Position numbers and translations under genes: made by a program
Shown: piece after piece, positions 19,829 to 29,364 of the stretch
How positions within the stretch are numbered: the first letter of the stretch is position 1
Layout: every line of letters starts with the position of its first letter
The notes under the pieces: generated by a model
Seen by the model: the letters and a program-made list of their open reading frames with translations, nothing else
Database searches by the model: none
What the model was told of the DNA's origin: nothing
NCBI GenBank assembly: GCA_963737155.1
Contig: CAVTRN010000002.1
Location: forward strand, 960,001-1,024,000
DNA: 64,000 bases
Source: Nitrospirota bacterium
Lineage (GTDB): Bacteria; Nitrospirota; UBA9217
Direction: 5' to 3'

Positions 19829-21010
19829 GTGAGTGTTTCCACCACTTCAAAGGATGTCATCATCATCGGCGCTGGTGCGTCGGGCCTGCTCTGTGCGATC
19901 GAATGCGGGAAACGAGGGCGCTCGGTGATAGTTCTCGACCATGCGGAACGGACGGGATCGAAAATCCGCATCTCCGGCGGCGGAAGGTGTAATTTCACGA
20001 ATCTGAATGTGTCTGCGGACCATTACCTTTCTCAAAATCCCCATTTCTGCAAGTCAGCCCTGGCGCGCTTCACTCCCCATGACATTCTTGCCCTTGCTGG
20101 TAAGCACCACATTGCATTTTATGAAAAAGAAGCAGGCCAGATTTTCTGCTTGAAAAGCTCCCGCGATATCATTGCCATGCTTGAACAGGAGTGTGATAAG
20201 GCCGGTGTGGAAATGCTCATGAATTGCCACGTAACAGGCGTTGTGAAAACCGGAAATTTTCTGATCGAGACAAACCAGGGGCGATTCTGTTCGGACTCGC
20301 TGGTTATTGCAACTGGCGGACTTTCCTACTCCAAGCTTGGGGCCAGCGGCTTTGGCCATGACGTGGCCAGGCAGTTCGGGCTTCGAATGACACAGGTAAG
20401 GCCGGCGCTCGTGCCCTTCGTTTTCTCAGGAAAGGACCATCAGATCTTTCGCGAATTGGCAGGTGTTTCACTCGAGGCAGCCCTGTCCTGTGGTTCCCGG
20501 AAGTTTCGCGGTAGCATCCTGTTTACACACCGGGGACTGAGCGGGCCGGCGGTGTTGCAGGCGTCGCTCTATTGGGAGCCGGGTTCGGCGCTAACCATAG
20601 ACTTCCTCCCGGCGACGGATACCCTTAAAATTATGCTTTCCCGGAGAAGCAGCAAGATGCTGCCGCACAATCTGCTTTCCGAGTATCTGCCGAAGCGGTT
20701 TGCACAGATTTGGTGCGGCCTATTGCCCGATGCGAAGCCTATTAATGAGACGTCGGACAAGGAGTTGAAGGCGTTCGCTGACCGGCTGCACGCATGGAAA
20801 GTCATACCCAAAGGCACGGAGGGGTACGCAATTGCCGAGGTAACAGCCGGCGGCGTGAACACCGATGAACTTTCGTCCAAGACCATGGAATCAAAAAAGG
20901 TGCGCGGCCTGTATTTTATCGGTGAAGTTGTCGATGTAACTGGGGAACTTGGCGGCTATAATCTCCATTGGACCTGGGCTTCGGGATTTGCTGCAGGACA
21001 ATTCGCCTAG
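19829..21010 (+). CDS. NAD(P)/FAD-dependent oxidoreductase, HI0933/YhiN family
   Basis: IIGAGASG, ISGGGRCNFTN, ATGG, FTHRGLSGP, VTAGGV, GGYNL. Confidence 0.95.
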   Translation: MSVSTTSKDVIIIGAGASGLLCAIECGKRGRSVIVLDHAERTGSKIRISGGGRCNFTNLNVSADHYLSQNPHFCKSALARFTPHDILALAGKHHIAFYEKEAGQIFCLKSSRDIIAMLEQECDKAGVEMLMNCHVTGVVKTGNFLIETNQGRFCSDSLVIATGGLSYSKLGASGFGHDVARQFGLRMTQVRPALVPFVFSGKDHQIFRELAGVSLEAALSCGSRKFRGSILFTHRGLSGPAVLQASLYWEPGSALTIDFLPATDTLKIMLSRRSSKMLPHNLLSEYLPKRFAQIWCGLLPDAKPINETSDKELKAFADRLHAWKVIPKGTEGYAIAEVTAGGVNTDELSSKTMESKKVRGLYFIGEVVDVTGELGGYNLHWTWASGFAAGQFA

Positions 21011-21438
21011 AGTTGACATATGGACTGTTTATTTCAACAAAGGCAGTGCGCAGAAGGCAGAAAACGGCGGCGGGAGTGGAAAGTTGTCTTGTCACTCCTA
21101 AAGAGAATCAAATTACTGGCATGAAGAAGATGCCGGCATGGGTTAGCAGGTTCTGATCGCTTATCTTAAAAAGCCAATGGACAAGCATTTCTTTGCCCAA
21201 AGACGAGAAAAGAAAAAAGCTTTTAAATTTACAATATGTTTTAATCATATCCTTGTATGCTCTGTGATAAGTTGACTTTATCACCGGCGATCTTGACAAA
21301 TATGGAAAAGCGTTCATGGGTCAAAATGTGCATTTCTTGCTAAAATGATTCGTTCAAAATGGTCTGATTCAATCTTATTAACAGATCAATTAATTATAAC
21401 TCATTAATCTTAAACCGCAATTTAATCTCCTTTCATAG

Positions 21439-21454
21439 TGGCACCCATCTTGCT
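21439..21454 (+). promoter_or_regulatory. Sigma54 (-24/-12) promoter
   Basis: TGGCAC-CCATC-TTGCT matches the TGGCAC-N5-TTGCW consensus, in an AT-rich region upstream of 21581. Confidence 0.75.
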
Positions 21455-21580
21455 TTTATTTATAATTAACAATAATTCCATAAGCTGCACAAGTACGACA
21501 TACATTAGTATTATATCCAGTTTTTCTCAAATAAATAACGGCATCAAAGCTGATCTCCAACTTGAAAAGGATGGTGCTTT

Positions 21581-22408
21581 ATGATGAGAGTACAAAGTGA
21601 AATGTCGCAGATTTCTGTGCTTTTAATCAGCGGTGATGATGAAACACTGGGTAACTGTCGCCTCTTGGACATCAAAGGCGAAAAGGCGGAACAATGTTCA
21701 TTCGGGTGCTATGAAGACAGACTCAGCCGGTGTGAGGCCGGCGTTGTTGTTCTCGACAGCGGCTCTGAAGTATGGAGGGGGATGTCTGTTTTGCGACAGA
21801 TCAAACTAACCCATCCTGAGGTTCCCGTCATCTTCCTGTCTGATCAGAGATCGGATGAAACCGTGGCCAGCGCTATGAATCTTGGCGCGCAGGAGTATTA
21901 TCAAAAGCCTGTGAATGTCATCAAACTCCAACAGCTTGTGGAAAGCCTTCTAGCCACTAGGAAATCGACCGACGTCCCGGCCACAAATGCACCGGTAGGT
22001 GATACGTCGGTTCCACTCGATAAAACAATATTCGCTGACAAACCGCAGAACATTCTGCAGGTTGTGGCCTTCATCGAAACAAACCTCTGGTCACCGATGG
22101 AATTGGAAAGTCTCGCGCAAAAAGCCAACCTCAGCAAATTCCATTTTTGCCGCGTATTTAAACGGTATACTGGCCTGAACCCCATGAAATTTGTGAACGC
22201 CCGGAGGATAGAGCGGTCGAAGGAACTTCTGGCCGGCAATGAGCAAAGCATTTCGTTGGTAGCCAGCAAGGTGGGGTTTCGGGACCTGAGTAACTTCATC
22301 AGGCAGTTCAAAAAAAATACCGGCTTTACACCGACCGCCTATCGGGATATGGCCAAAACACAAAACAAGCCCACGCCAACGGCATTTGCTCCTGGCCACC
22401 AGCAGTAG
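21581..22408 (+). CDS. Response regulator, REC + AraC HTH
   Basis: VVVLD, PVIFLS, YQKP; LAQKANLSKFHFCRVFK and VGFRDLSNFIRQFKKNTGFTPTAYR. Confidence 0.92.
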   Translation: MMRVQSEMSQISVLLISGDDETLGNCRLLDIKGEKAEQCSFGCYEDRLSRCEAGVVVLDSGSEVWRGMSVLRQIKLTHPEVPVIFLSDQRSDETVASAMNLGAQEYYQKPVNVIKLQQLVESLLATRKSTDVPATNAPVGDTSVPLDKTIFADKPQNILQVVAFIETNLWSPMELESLAQKANLSKFHFCRVFKRYTGLNPMKFVNARRIERSKELLAGNEQSISLVASKVGFRDLSNFIRQFKKNTGFTPTAYRDMAKTQNKPTPTAFAPGHQQ

Positions 22409-22918
22409 TTCGAAGGGGATCAAGCTTGCGATCCACGGACAGAGATTTTGCTTATGGCAAGCCGCAGATTTGGAAAATCATTCATGCTTCATACGATGCG
22501 AATTCACAGACAAATTTCCAGGAACGTGTGCAGCGTGAGGGATGATGATCGTTCGGCCTCGGCTTGACGATGGGACGTGAAGCCAGGTTGCAGAAGGCGA
22601 TGGGATAGAATGATCGGAATTACAGCTAGGAAACTAAAATCGTGGCGCCCGGCGAAGCCAATACGGTGAGAAGTCCATTGATGTTGACGCGATGTTTCCC
22701 TATAATTTGTTGAGCATGTCTTCTACAAACTTGACCGCCTGCGTGAAGTCTACCTCAGAAATCATTTTTTCAGATTATGAGAGGCGTATGGAACATATGG
22801 GCGGTGAAAGCCGAATGATGCTGGTCATGAACCGTAGTCAAACAGCAAATGCGGATCAGACCAGAATAAGCCGGCCCCAGGCTTTTTTTTGCGAGCCCCC
22901 TATCGTCGTTCGTGATAG

Positions 22919-23470
22919 CTAAAAATGCGTGGCCACGCCGAATTGCATGGTGAAATAGCTGTCCGAAATGAGGTGTTCAAGAGCGAGGGCGAAAATGCTT
23001 ACCTTGGGATTCACGAAGAATTCGACGCCTACCCCAGGCGTAATGCCGACGTTTACTTCGCTTTTTTTCTGATTTGCCCAACTATCATAACTGTCAATGC
23101 TTGTTTCCAGCCCCGCTTGTCCGAAAACCCTCAACTTCTCCACGATCGGCACATAGTAACGGGCGCTGATTATGAAGGGAAAGCGGGTGTACGTGCCGCT
23201 GCCCCAGGGAAAGTCGTGCGTGAACTGGTAAAAAGACAAATCAACCCGCGCTTGAAGATTTTCGTCGATTTCTTTAAGATTATAACCGCCACCGAAGTTG
23301 ATGCCGAAACCGCTATCATAGTTTCCGGGACCGGAAGCCGGACCAATTGAACCGTCGAATTCATAGAGACCCGTCGTTGCTCCGTAGGAGTTTGGATACG
23401 TAGCATATGACGGAATCCCCAAGCACAAAATAAATAATGCCGCAACCAGAGTAATGACGATTCTTTTCAT
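22919..23470 (-). CDS. Outer-membrane beta-barrel protein
   Basis: Signal peptide MKRIVITLVAALFIL..SYA; alternating beta-strand pattern; C-terminal Phe. Confidence 0.8.
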   Translation of the reverse strand: MKRIVITLVAALFILCLGIPSYATYPNSYGATTGLYEFDGSIGPASGPGNYDSGFGINFGGGYNLKEIDENLQARVDLSFYQFTHDFPWGSGTYTRFPFIISARYYVPIVEKLRVFGQAGLETSIDSYDSWANQKKSEVNVGITPGVGVEFFVNPKVSIFALALEHLISDSYFTMQFGVATHF

Positions 23471-23642
23471 AATATGTTCTTCCCCTTTCATGTCAATGAA
23501 ACGGTGCTGTGCTGAAGATGTTGCCTCGTCCTTGCGTGCTAAGCCGACAATTGTTATACTCAGTTCTAGCGGTTTTTGTCAAGGCAAATTTTGGATGGTA
23601 GCGGTCTCGTCGCGTGCCGTTTATAAAAAAATGTACGCCTTT

Positions 23643-23671
23643 TTGACAGTTCGGTGATTTTTGCGTATAAT
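23643..23671 (+). promoter_or_regulatory. Consensus sigma70 promoter of the groES-like gene
   Basis: TTGACA-N17-TATAAT, perfect match. Confidence 0.8.
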
Positions 23672-23717
23672 AATGAAGAATTAATTATTCTTTGTTAAAT
23701 TTTCCAGGAGGAAAACC

Positions 23718-24326
23718 ATGAGTCTGAAACCGATGCATGACTGGGCTGTTATCGTGCCAGCGGAAGCAAAATCGCGTACTGCCGGTGGATTGTACATTCC
23801 TGATACGGCAAAAGAGAAGCCCGAGGAAGGTGTTGTTGAGGCTATCGGCCCGGGCGCTTTAGAAGAAGATAAGCGGTTGAAGAAGTCCGGCGAGAAAAAG
23901 GAGCGTCGGTTCCTACCCACGGTCGTGAAGCCCGGGGATCGTGTCCTCTTCGAGCGTTACGCGGGACAAACCTACAAAGTTGCCGGCGAGGATAGGATCC
24001 TGGTTCGCGAGCGCGATATCCTGGGCCTGCTGCTGGGCAAAGAACCCCTCATCGAATCGCGATCAAGACCGCTTCAGATCCCGCCATCCACGTCCACGTC
24101 TTCTGAGACCAAAATTATGCCGATCTCTTCAAAGGCATCGACCGCATCGCGGCAGGGGAATATCCCGGCTAAAACGGGGAAGGAAGCGGTGAAAAAACTG
24201 GCTGAGAAAAAGAACGCTGTGAAAAAAGCGGTGAAGAAGAAAACGGAGAAGACAAAAACAGCAGCGGCAAAACCGGCCAAAAAAAGCGGGCCTGCCACGT
24301 CAAAAAAATCGGGACGTAAGAAGTAG
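23718..24326 (+). CDS. groES: Co-chaperonin GroES with long Lys/Ala-rich C-terminal extension
   Basis: LKPMHD, TAGGLYIPDTAKEKP, VKPGDRVLF, ERDILG; about 95 extra residues. Confidence 0.88.
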   Translation: MSLKPMHDWAVIVPAEAKSRTAGGLYIPDTAKEKPEEGVVEAIGPGALEEDKRLKKSGEKKERRFLPTVVKPGDRVLFERYAGQTYKVAGEDRILVRERDILGLLLGKEPLIESRSRPLQIPPSTSTSSETKIMPISSKASTASRQGNIPAKTGKEAVKKLAEKKNAVKKAVKKKTEKTKTAAAKPAKKSGPATSKKSGRKK

Positions 24327-24401
24327 AGCTTCTTCAGGCGCTTAGACCTCCAATAGGTGGCGCTAAGGTTCGCAGTGGGAACATGATAGGCGGAAAGGCT
24401 C

Positions 24402-24971
24402 GTGATGGAAGACGAGTTCGTTGCACGAGAAAAAAAAATACTGTCCATTCTTGAGCAGGAGATCACGGACGGCGAAGAGATGATTGCGGCTGTCAAATAT
24501 CACGCGGAGCGCATGCTCCTCGGAGAGAAAGGATATACGGCGGCCGAGATAGGGAAGCATGTCTTTTTCAATGTTGTCCTTGGCAGGGAGATTGTGCAAT
24601 CCAGCGTGGATTTTATTGTGTCGGTGGACGGCAGAAAGGCGATGGTAGTCAAGTGCGCCGCGGGGTCACTCTCATCCCGTGAGCGTCATGTGGTCGCTGC
24701 CGCGCGGGTCCTTGACAGCATGCCCGTACCCGTGGCAGTGGTTATGGACCCGATGAGCGCTGTGGTGCTCGACGTAATAACAGGAAAAGTTATCGGCGAA
24801 GGATTTGAATTCGTACCGACGAAGGAGCAACTCATCACGATGGTTGCCGGACATGAAGTGAAGCCCCTTGCTCCCGAGAAACTCGAACGGGAAAAGCGCG
24901 TCCTGCTGGCCTTCGACGCCATTCGGTGCTGCGTGCCGCAGGGTACTAACGGCGGCGTAGCACTTGAATAA
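24402..24971 (+). CDS. HsdR N-terminal-like (HSDR_N_2, PD-(D/E)xK-like) domain protein
   Basis: LLGEKGYTAAEI, VDFIV, MVVKC, SRERHVVAAAR pattern; no other R-M genes nearby. Confidence 0.6.
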   Translation: MMEDEFVAREKKILSILEQEITDGEEMIAAVKYHAERMLLGEKGYTAAEIGKHVFFNVVLGREIVQSSVDFIVSVDGRKAMVVKCAAGSLSSRERHVVAAARVLDSMPVPVAVVMDPMSAVVLDVITGKVIGEGFEFVPTKEQLITMVAGHEVKPLAPEKLEREKRVLLAFDAIRCCVPQGTNGGVALE

Positions 24972-25476
24972 CCGTACACCTCCGGCGGGCGAACCTCCGG
25001 AGGAGGGGCTGACGAACAGACTGGCACGTGAACTCATTCTCTTTATCGCCCAGGGAGCCTATGCGGGGAAATTCCCTGTCGCGCCGGGGACCGCCGGAAC
25101 GCTCTTAGGCGTTTTGATCCAGTATGGCATCAGAAACGCGAGTCCTCTCTTCAACATATCAATAATTCTTCTACTCTGCATCGTCGGGACGTGGACGGCC
25201 GGAAGGGCGGAGATTATACTCGGCCGGAAGGACAGCCCCTCCATCGTGATCGATGAGATTGCCGGGTTCCTGATCGCCATGTTCATGGTGCCTCTCGGAT
25301 GGGGATATGTTGCCGCAGGTTTCGTGCTGTTCCGGCTATTCGATATCACAAAACCGTGGCCGCTTCGCAGCCTGCAGGCGCTCCACGGCGGCGTCGGCAT
25401 CATGATCGATGACATTGGTGCGGGCATCTATACGAATATTGTGCTTCAGCTTGCCGCATTTCTTATCGCAAGATGA
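24964..25476 (+). CDS. pgpA: Phosphatidylglycerophosphatase A
   Basis: APGTAGT, DSPSIVIDEIAG, FRLFDITKPWP, GIMIDD. Confidence 0.95.
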   Translation: MNNRTPPAGEPPEEGLTNRLARELILFIAQGAYAGKFPVAPGTAGTLLGVLIQYGIRNASPLFNISIILLLCIVGTWTAGRAEIILGRKDSPSIVIDEIAGFLIAMFMVPLGWGYVAAGFVLFRLFDITKPWPLRSLQALHGGVGIMIDDIGAGIYTNIVLQLAAFLIAR

Positions 25477-26315
25477 CCCAGATAACCGAAGAGACCTTCG
25501 AAAAGACCCTTCAGACTTTCATAAATTCGGAGCAGATCGATCTGTGCGATGTTTCCTTCATTGATCCCTACGGCATGCTGGGGCTCCTTGAAATCGGCGA
25601 ACTTTGCATGCTCGAAGACATAAAAAAAACCATCATACTCCCGCGTTCCGTCGAGGTTTGCGCGTACCTCGAGCGGATGGACTTCTTCAGTCATGCGCGA
25701 AGATACTTCCTGTTTGATCAGCCGCACCACACACCTCTCCCTGGTAAAAACCGTAATCAGGAATCAGACGTGCTTCTCGAGATCACGCCTATCGAGCGGT
25801 CGAACGACATCCACTCTATCGTCGGGACGGTAAGGGACCGTGCACAGGCCATTCTCTCAAACCACCTTCACTATGATGAGCGGGCGATCAACAACTTTAT
25901 CGTGGCCCTCTCCGAGGTCTGCCAGAACATCATCGAGCACAGCGAGAACAGGGGTTTCGTGGGGATACAGAAATACCGGTTCACAAGCATGAACAAAAAC
26001 GTGGTCAGGATCGCGGTAATGGATGTCGGGATCGGTTTCCGGAAATCCCTATCCGTCCGATTCAAGTTGCGGGGCGACCTCGATGCCATTGAAAAAGCTT
26101 TGCTCCACGGCGCCTCGCGATATGAAGACGAGGGAAGGGGGCACGGTCTTGCATCAGTGCGCCGGTTCGTTGATCAATGGCACGGCAAGCTCTCGATCCG
26201 CTCAGGCACAGCGCGCCTGTCCATCATCCCGCCATGGTCCCGGGGCCGGGAACAGGAAGCGAATCTCACCTTCTTTCCGGGAGCACAGATCAATATACTC
26301 CTGCCGGAAATATAA
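25473..26315 (+). CDS. STAS-like + HATPase_c (anti-sigma-kinase-like) protein
   Basis: IDLCDVSFIDP, YLERMDF, EVCQNIIEHS, DVGIGF, GRGHGL. Confidence 0.8.
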   Translation: MTQITEETFEKTLQTFINSEQIDLCDVSFIDPYGMLGLLEIGELCMLEDIKKTIILPRSVEVCAYLERMDFFSHARRYFLFDQPHHTPLPGKNRNQESDVLLEITPIERSNDIHSIVGTVRDRAQAILSNHLHYDERAINNFIVALSEVCQNIIEHSENRGFVGIQKYRFTSMNKNVVRIAVMDVGIGFRKSLSVRFKLRGDLDAIEKALLHGASRYEDEGRGHGLASVRRFVDQWHGKLSIRSGTARLSIIPPWSRGREQEANLTFFPGAQINILLPEI

Positions 26316-26484
26316 ACCTCCAGTCACTCCCTTTGAGGAGAAACCTCATTCCAGTTTCAGCCCTGTTAAAATTCGTTGGAAAAAACCGCTTGACAAATCT
26401 CATGGATTATGGTTCAATTGAATCAATTGAACTAGCATCAACGCATCTTCCATGCTGGGCGAAGCGCCCCCGGGAAATATTGGG

Positions 26485-26524
26485 TTGACTTTTATATTGG
26501 TATTACCTAAAATTAGGTATTACC
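26485..26524 (+). promoter_or_regulatory. TA promoter with two palindromic operator sites
   Basis: TTGACT-N17-TAAAAT; GGTATTACC at 26499-26507 and 26516-26524 flank the -10 box. Confidence 0.7.
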
Positions 26525-26540
26525 GACTAGGAGGTAGGAA

Positions 26541-26795
26541 ATGTCCACTATAACGAAAAAAGGACAGGTAACGATCCCCAAGCCATTCAGGGAAAAACTA
26601 CACATCCGGGAGGGCGATTGCCTCGACTTCGAGGTCAAAGACGGAGTGCTAATTTTACAGAAAAAGGCGCGTACGTCGATACTCGACCTGGGTGGGATTG
26701 CGAAGGGGAGAAATGTTGGGACCGGGAATGAGCGGGAATATGCGAAAAAAATGGTTGCGCGAAGAATTGCGAAAGAAGGATTGAAGAATGGTTGA
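26541..26795 (+). CDS. AbrB/MazE-family antitoxin
   Basis: ITKKGQVTIPKPFREKLHIREGD. Confidence 0.92.
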   Translation: MSTITKKGQVTIPKPFREKLHIREGDCLDFEVKDGVLILQKKARTSILDLGGIAKGRNVGTGNEREYAKKMVARRIAKEGLKNG

Positions 26796-27198
26796 TTCCG
26801 TATTCGTTGATACCAATGTTTTTCTACGTTTCTTCGTAAGGGACGTGGAGTCGCTATACGAAAAGGCGTATGACCTGTTTGAAAAGGCGGAGAGCGGGAA
26901 GTTGCGGCTTGAGACAAGTGAACTTGTCATCGCGGAAATCGTCAGGGTGTTGGAATCACTTTACGGATTTACGAGAAATGAGATTTCAAGCATTCTCAAC
27001 ACACTGCTTGCCGCGAAGAACCTTAAAGTCGCCGGTCACGCGAGGGTCAGGGAGGCCGTTGGGCTGTATTTCACAGGTAATATGGATTTTATAGACGCCT
27101 ATAATATCGCATATATGAAAGCAAAGGGATACGGAAGGATAGCGACCTTCGATTACAAACATTATAATAAAGCGGAAGGCATAGCTTCCGTTTGGTAA
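26788..27198 (+). CDS. PIN-domain (VapC-like) toxin
   Basis: VFVDTNVF, VIAEI, DFIDA, IATFD; overlaps the antitoxin gene. Confidence 0.92.
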   Translation: MVDSVFVDTNVFLRFFVRDVESLYEKAYDLFEKAESGKLRLETSELVIAEIVRVLESLYGFTRNEISSILNTLLAAKNLKVAGHARVREAVGLYFTGNMDFIDAYNIAYMKAKGYGRIATFDYKHYNKAEGIASVW

Positions 27199-27312
27199 CG
27201 TATTCTCGCCCGAGGAAAGAGGATCGGGAGGGGGCGGGGAAGCATGTGAATGTTTTGTTGGAATTAAAGTGCAGAGACCTTCGTATGCGGCTACTATGGA
27301 CTCAGGATTATT

Positions 27313-27873
27313 ATGACCAAATATGACCTCTCTAAACTCATAAAAGACGAACTCGGCAACGGATCAAAGGACCTCGTCACCCGTCCGTCGGGCCAGGCGA
27401 TTCGGGAGCGGATTGAGCAGGACATCCAAAAAGAGCCCGATGGTTCCGTGATCGCCCTCGATTTTTCGAAGATCGGGGTGATCGACTATTCCTGCGCAGA
27501 CGAGATCGTGGCCAAGCTCGTATCGCGCCTCCTGGCCGGGGAATACGGGGACAAGTACCTTCTTCTCTATGGACTCAACGAAAACCAGAAGGAGAACGTC
27601 GAAGTCGCCATCGAACGCAAGGACCTGGCGATCGTTGCGGGGATGTTGGATGGCAGCAGGATTGTCCTGGGGAATCTCAACAATTATCTCAAGGACACTC
27701 TCGACTTCATCGTCAGAAAAAAGAAAGCGACGGCCAAGGAGCTGTCGGACGCAAAAAAAATAGAGGCGAATACGAGTGGAACCCGTTTGTTGAACCTGTT
27801 TAAGAAGCGGCTCGTAAAACGCGTTGAAGAGGTTCGCAGCGACGGGCGAGTATGGTCCTACGAGCTTCTGTAA
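27313..27873 (+). CDS. STAS-like (DUF4325-like) + winged-helix protein
   Basis: TRPSGQAIRE, LDFSKIGVIDYSCADE; C-terminal ATAKELSD..SGTRLLNLFKKRLV. Confidence 0.75.
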   Translation: MTKYDLSKLIKDELGNGSKDLVTRPSGQAIRERIEQDIQKEPDGSVIALDFSKIGVIDYSCADEIVAKLVSRLLAGEYGDKYLLLYGLNENQKENVEVAIERKDLAIVAGMLDGSRIVLGNLNNYLKDTLDFIVRKKKATAKELSDAKKIEANTSGTRLLNLFKKRLVKRVEEVRSDGRVWSYELL

Positions 27874-28035
27874 AGGCTTTTTCGTTGACTGCTTCCGAGC
27901 AGCGATGATACAACGACGATGGTCGCCAAATATAATGTTTTTGCTGCATAGAGCAAACGGTGTTGCAGGAAGAAAAGGACTCAAAACCTATGCTCTATGC
28001 CTCGTGCGATCCTTTCTTTTCAAAGGGAATAACTT

Positions 28036-29271
28036 ATGCGCGCTGAAATAATAGCCACAGGCACCGAACTTCTGACGGGGGGCTCCCTTGATACCAACTC
28101 CGTTTTCCTTTCCGAGGAACTGATGCTCATCGGCCTCGAAACCGCCTTCAAGACTGTAGTTGGCGACGATGAAAAAAACATGGAAGAGGCGCTGAAGCGG
28201 GCGCTGGAGCGGGTCGATGCCGTGATCATTACCGGCGGTCTCGGGCCGACGGAAGATGACATCACCCGTAAGGTCATCGCCAAGATCACAAAAAAGCGGC
28301 TCATTCTGAATGAGGATGCGCTCAAAGCGATTCACGCACGGCTCGCGGGCAGGGGCAAGGAGGTCGTCATCCCGAACGAGCGACAGGCCCTGGTCCCGGC
28401 AGGTGCGCGGCTTCTCCAGAACCCGGCGGGCATCGCGCCCGGTTTTTATATTGATGAAGAGAGGCTGTTCCTTGCTGTTCTTCCCGGTGTTCCGCAGGAA
28501 ATGCGGGCTATGTACGGCGAGGGGCTCCGGCCCGCTCTTGAGCATCGCTTCGGTGGGAAGTCTTTTATCAGGCGCAGGGTACTGCGCACCTGCGGCATGT
28601 CCGAGTCCGCGGTGAACCAGGCCATCCAGGATATCATGCGGCGCGGCGATCCGGTTGTAGGGTTGTCTGTAAAAGGGACCGGCGTCGATATCCGCATCAT
28701 TGCCCATGGATCGACCGCGGAAAACTCCCAGGCATTTACTGATCGGACTGAATCAGCCATCCGGGAGAAGCTCGGCGACTCCGTGTACGGAGTCGATGGC
28801 GTGGAAATGGAAGAGGTGGTCGGCGCGCTCCTGAAGCAGCGCAAGCTGACGCTCGCCGTCGCCGAATCGTGCACCGGCGGCCTGATTGGCGCGCGTATTA
28901 CGAATATCGCCGGAAGTTCCGAGTATTTTGAGCGCGCCGCGGTGGTGTACAGCAACCTTGCAAAGACCGAGATGCTCGGTGTTCCGGCGGACATCATAGA
29001 ACGGCGCGGCGCTGTCAGCAGTGAAGTCGCGTCAGCCATGGCGGAGGGGATTCGCCAGGCCGCCCATACGGCGCTGGGGCTTTCCGTCACCGGCATCGCG
29101 GGCCCCGAAGGCGGAACCGAGAAAAAACCTGTCGGCCTGGTATATATCGCGCTTGCTTCCTCGCAAGGCGTCAAAACAACAGAGCACCGTTTCCTCGGCA
29201 GCAGGGACCAGATTCGTCTCCGGGCATCGCAAATGGCGCTCGATATGGTGAGGAGATATTTGATAGGATAG
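28036..29271 (+). CDS. cinA: Competence/damage-inducible protein CinA (NMN deamidase domain)
   Basis: GTELLTG, GGLGPTEDD, LPGVP, AESCTGG, TGIAGP. Confidence 0.96.
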   Translation: MRAEIIATGTELLTGGSLDTNSVFLSEELMLIGLETAFKTVVGDDEKNMEEALKRALERVDAVIITGGLGPTEDDITRKVIAKITKKRLILNEDALKAIHARLAGRGKEVVIPNERQALVPAGARLLQNPAGIAPGFYIDEERLFLAVLPGVPQEMRAMYGEGLRPALEHRFGGKSFIRRRVLRTCGMSESAVNQAIQDIMRRGDPVVGLSVKGTGVDIRIIAHGSTAENSQAFTDRTESAIREKLGDSVYGVDGVEMEEVVGALLKQRKLTLAVAESCTGGLIGARITNIAGSSEYFERAAVVYSNLAKTEMLGVPADIIERRGAVSSEVASAMAEGIRQAAHTALGLSVTGIAGPEGGTEKKPVGLVYIALASSQGVKTTEHRFLGSRDQIRLRASQMALDMVRRYLIG

Positions 29272-29312
29272 CGCAAAGGCAGAGGAGAGAAGACCGTCGG
29301 GTCTTTTGGGCG

Positions 29313-29338
29313 TCATTCCGGCTTGCAAGCCGGAATGA
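29313..29338. repeat. Perfect 26-bp palindrome (REP-like)
   Basis: TCATTCCGGCTTGCAAGCCGGAATGA equals its own reverse complement. Confidence 0.75.
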
Positions 29339-29364
29339 TATCAAAGACTGGATATCTGATTATT

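Noticed and set aside
24402-24971. Type I restriction-modification system
   Set aside because: Only a small HsdR_N-like domain; no helicase, methylase or specificity genes
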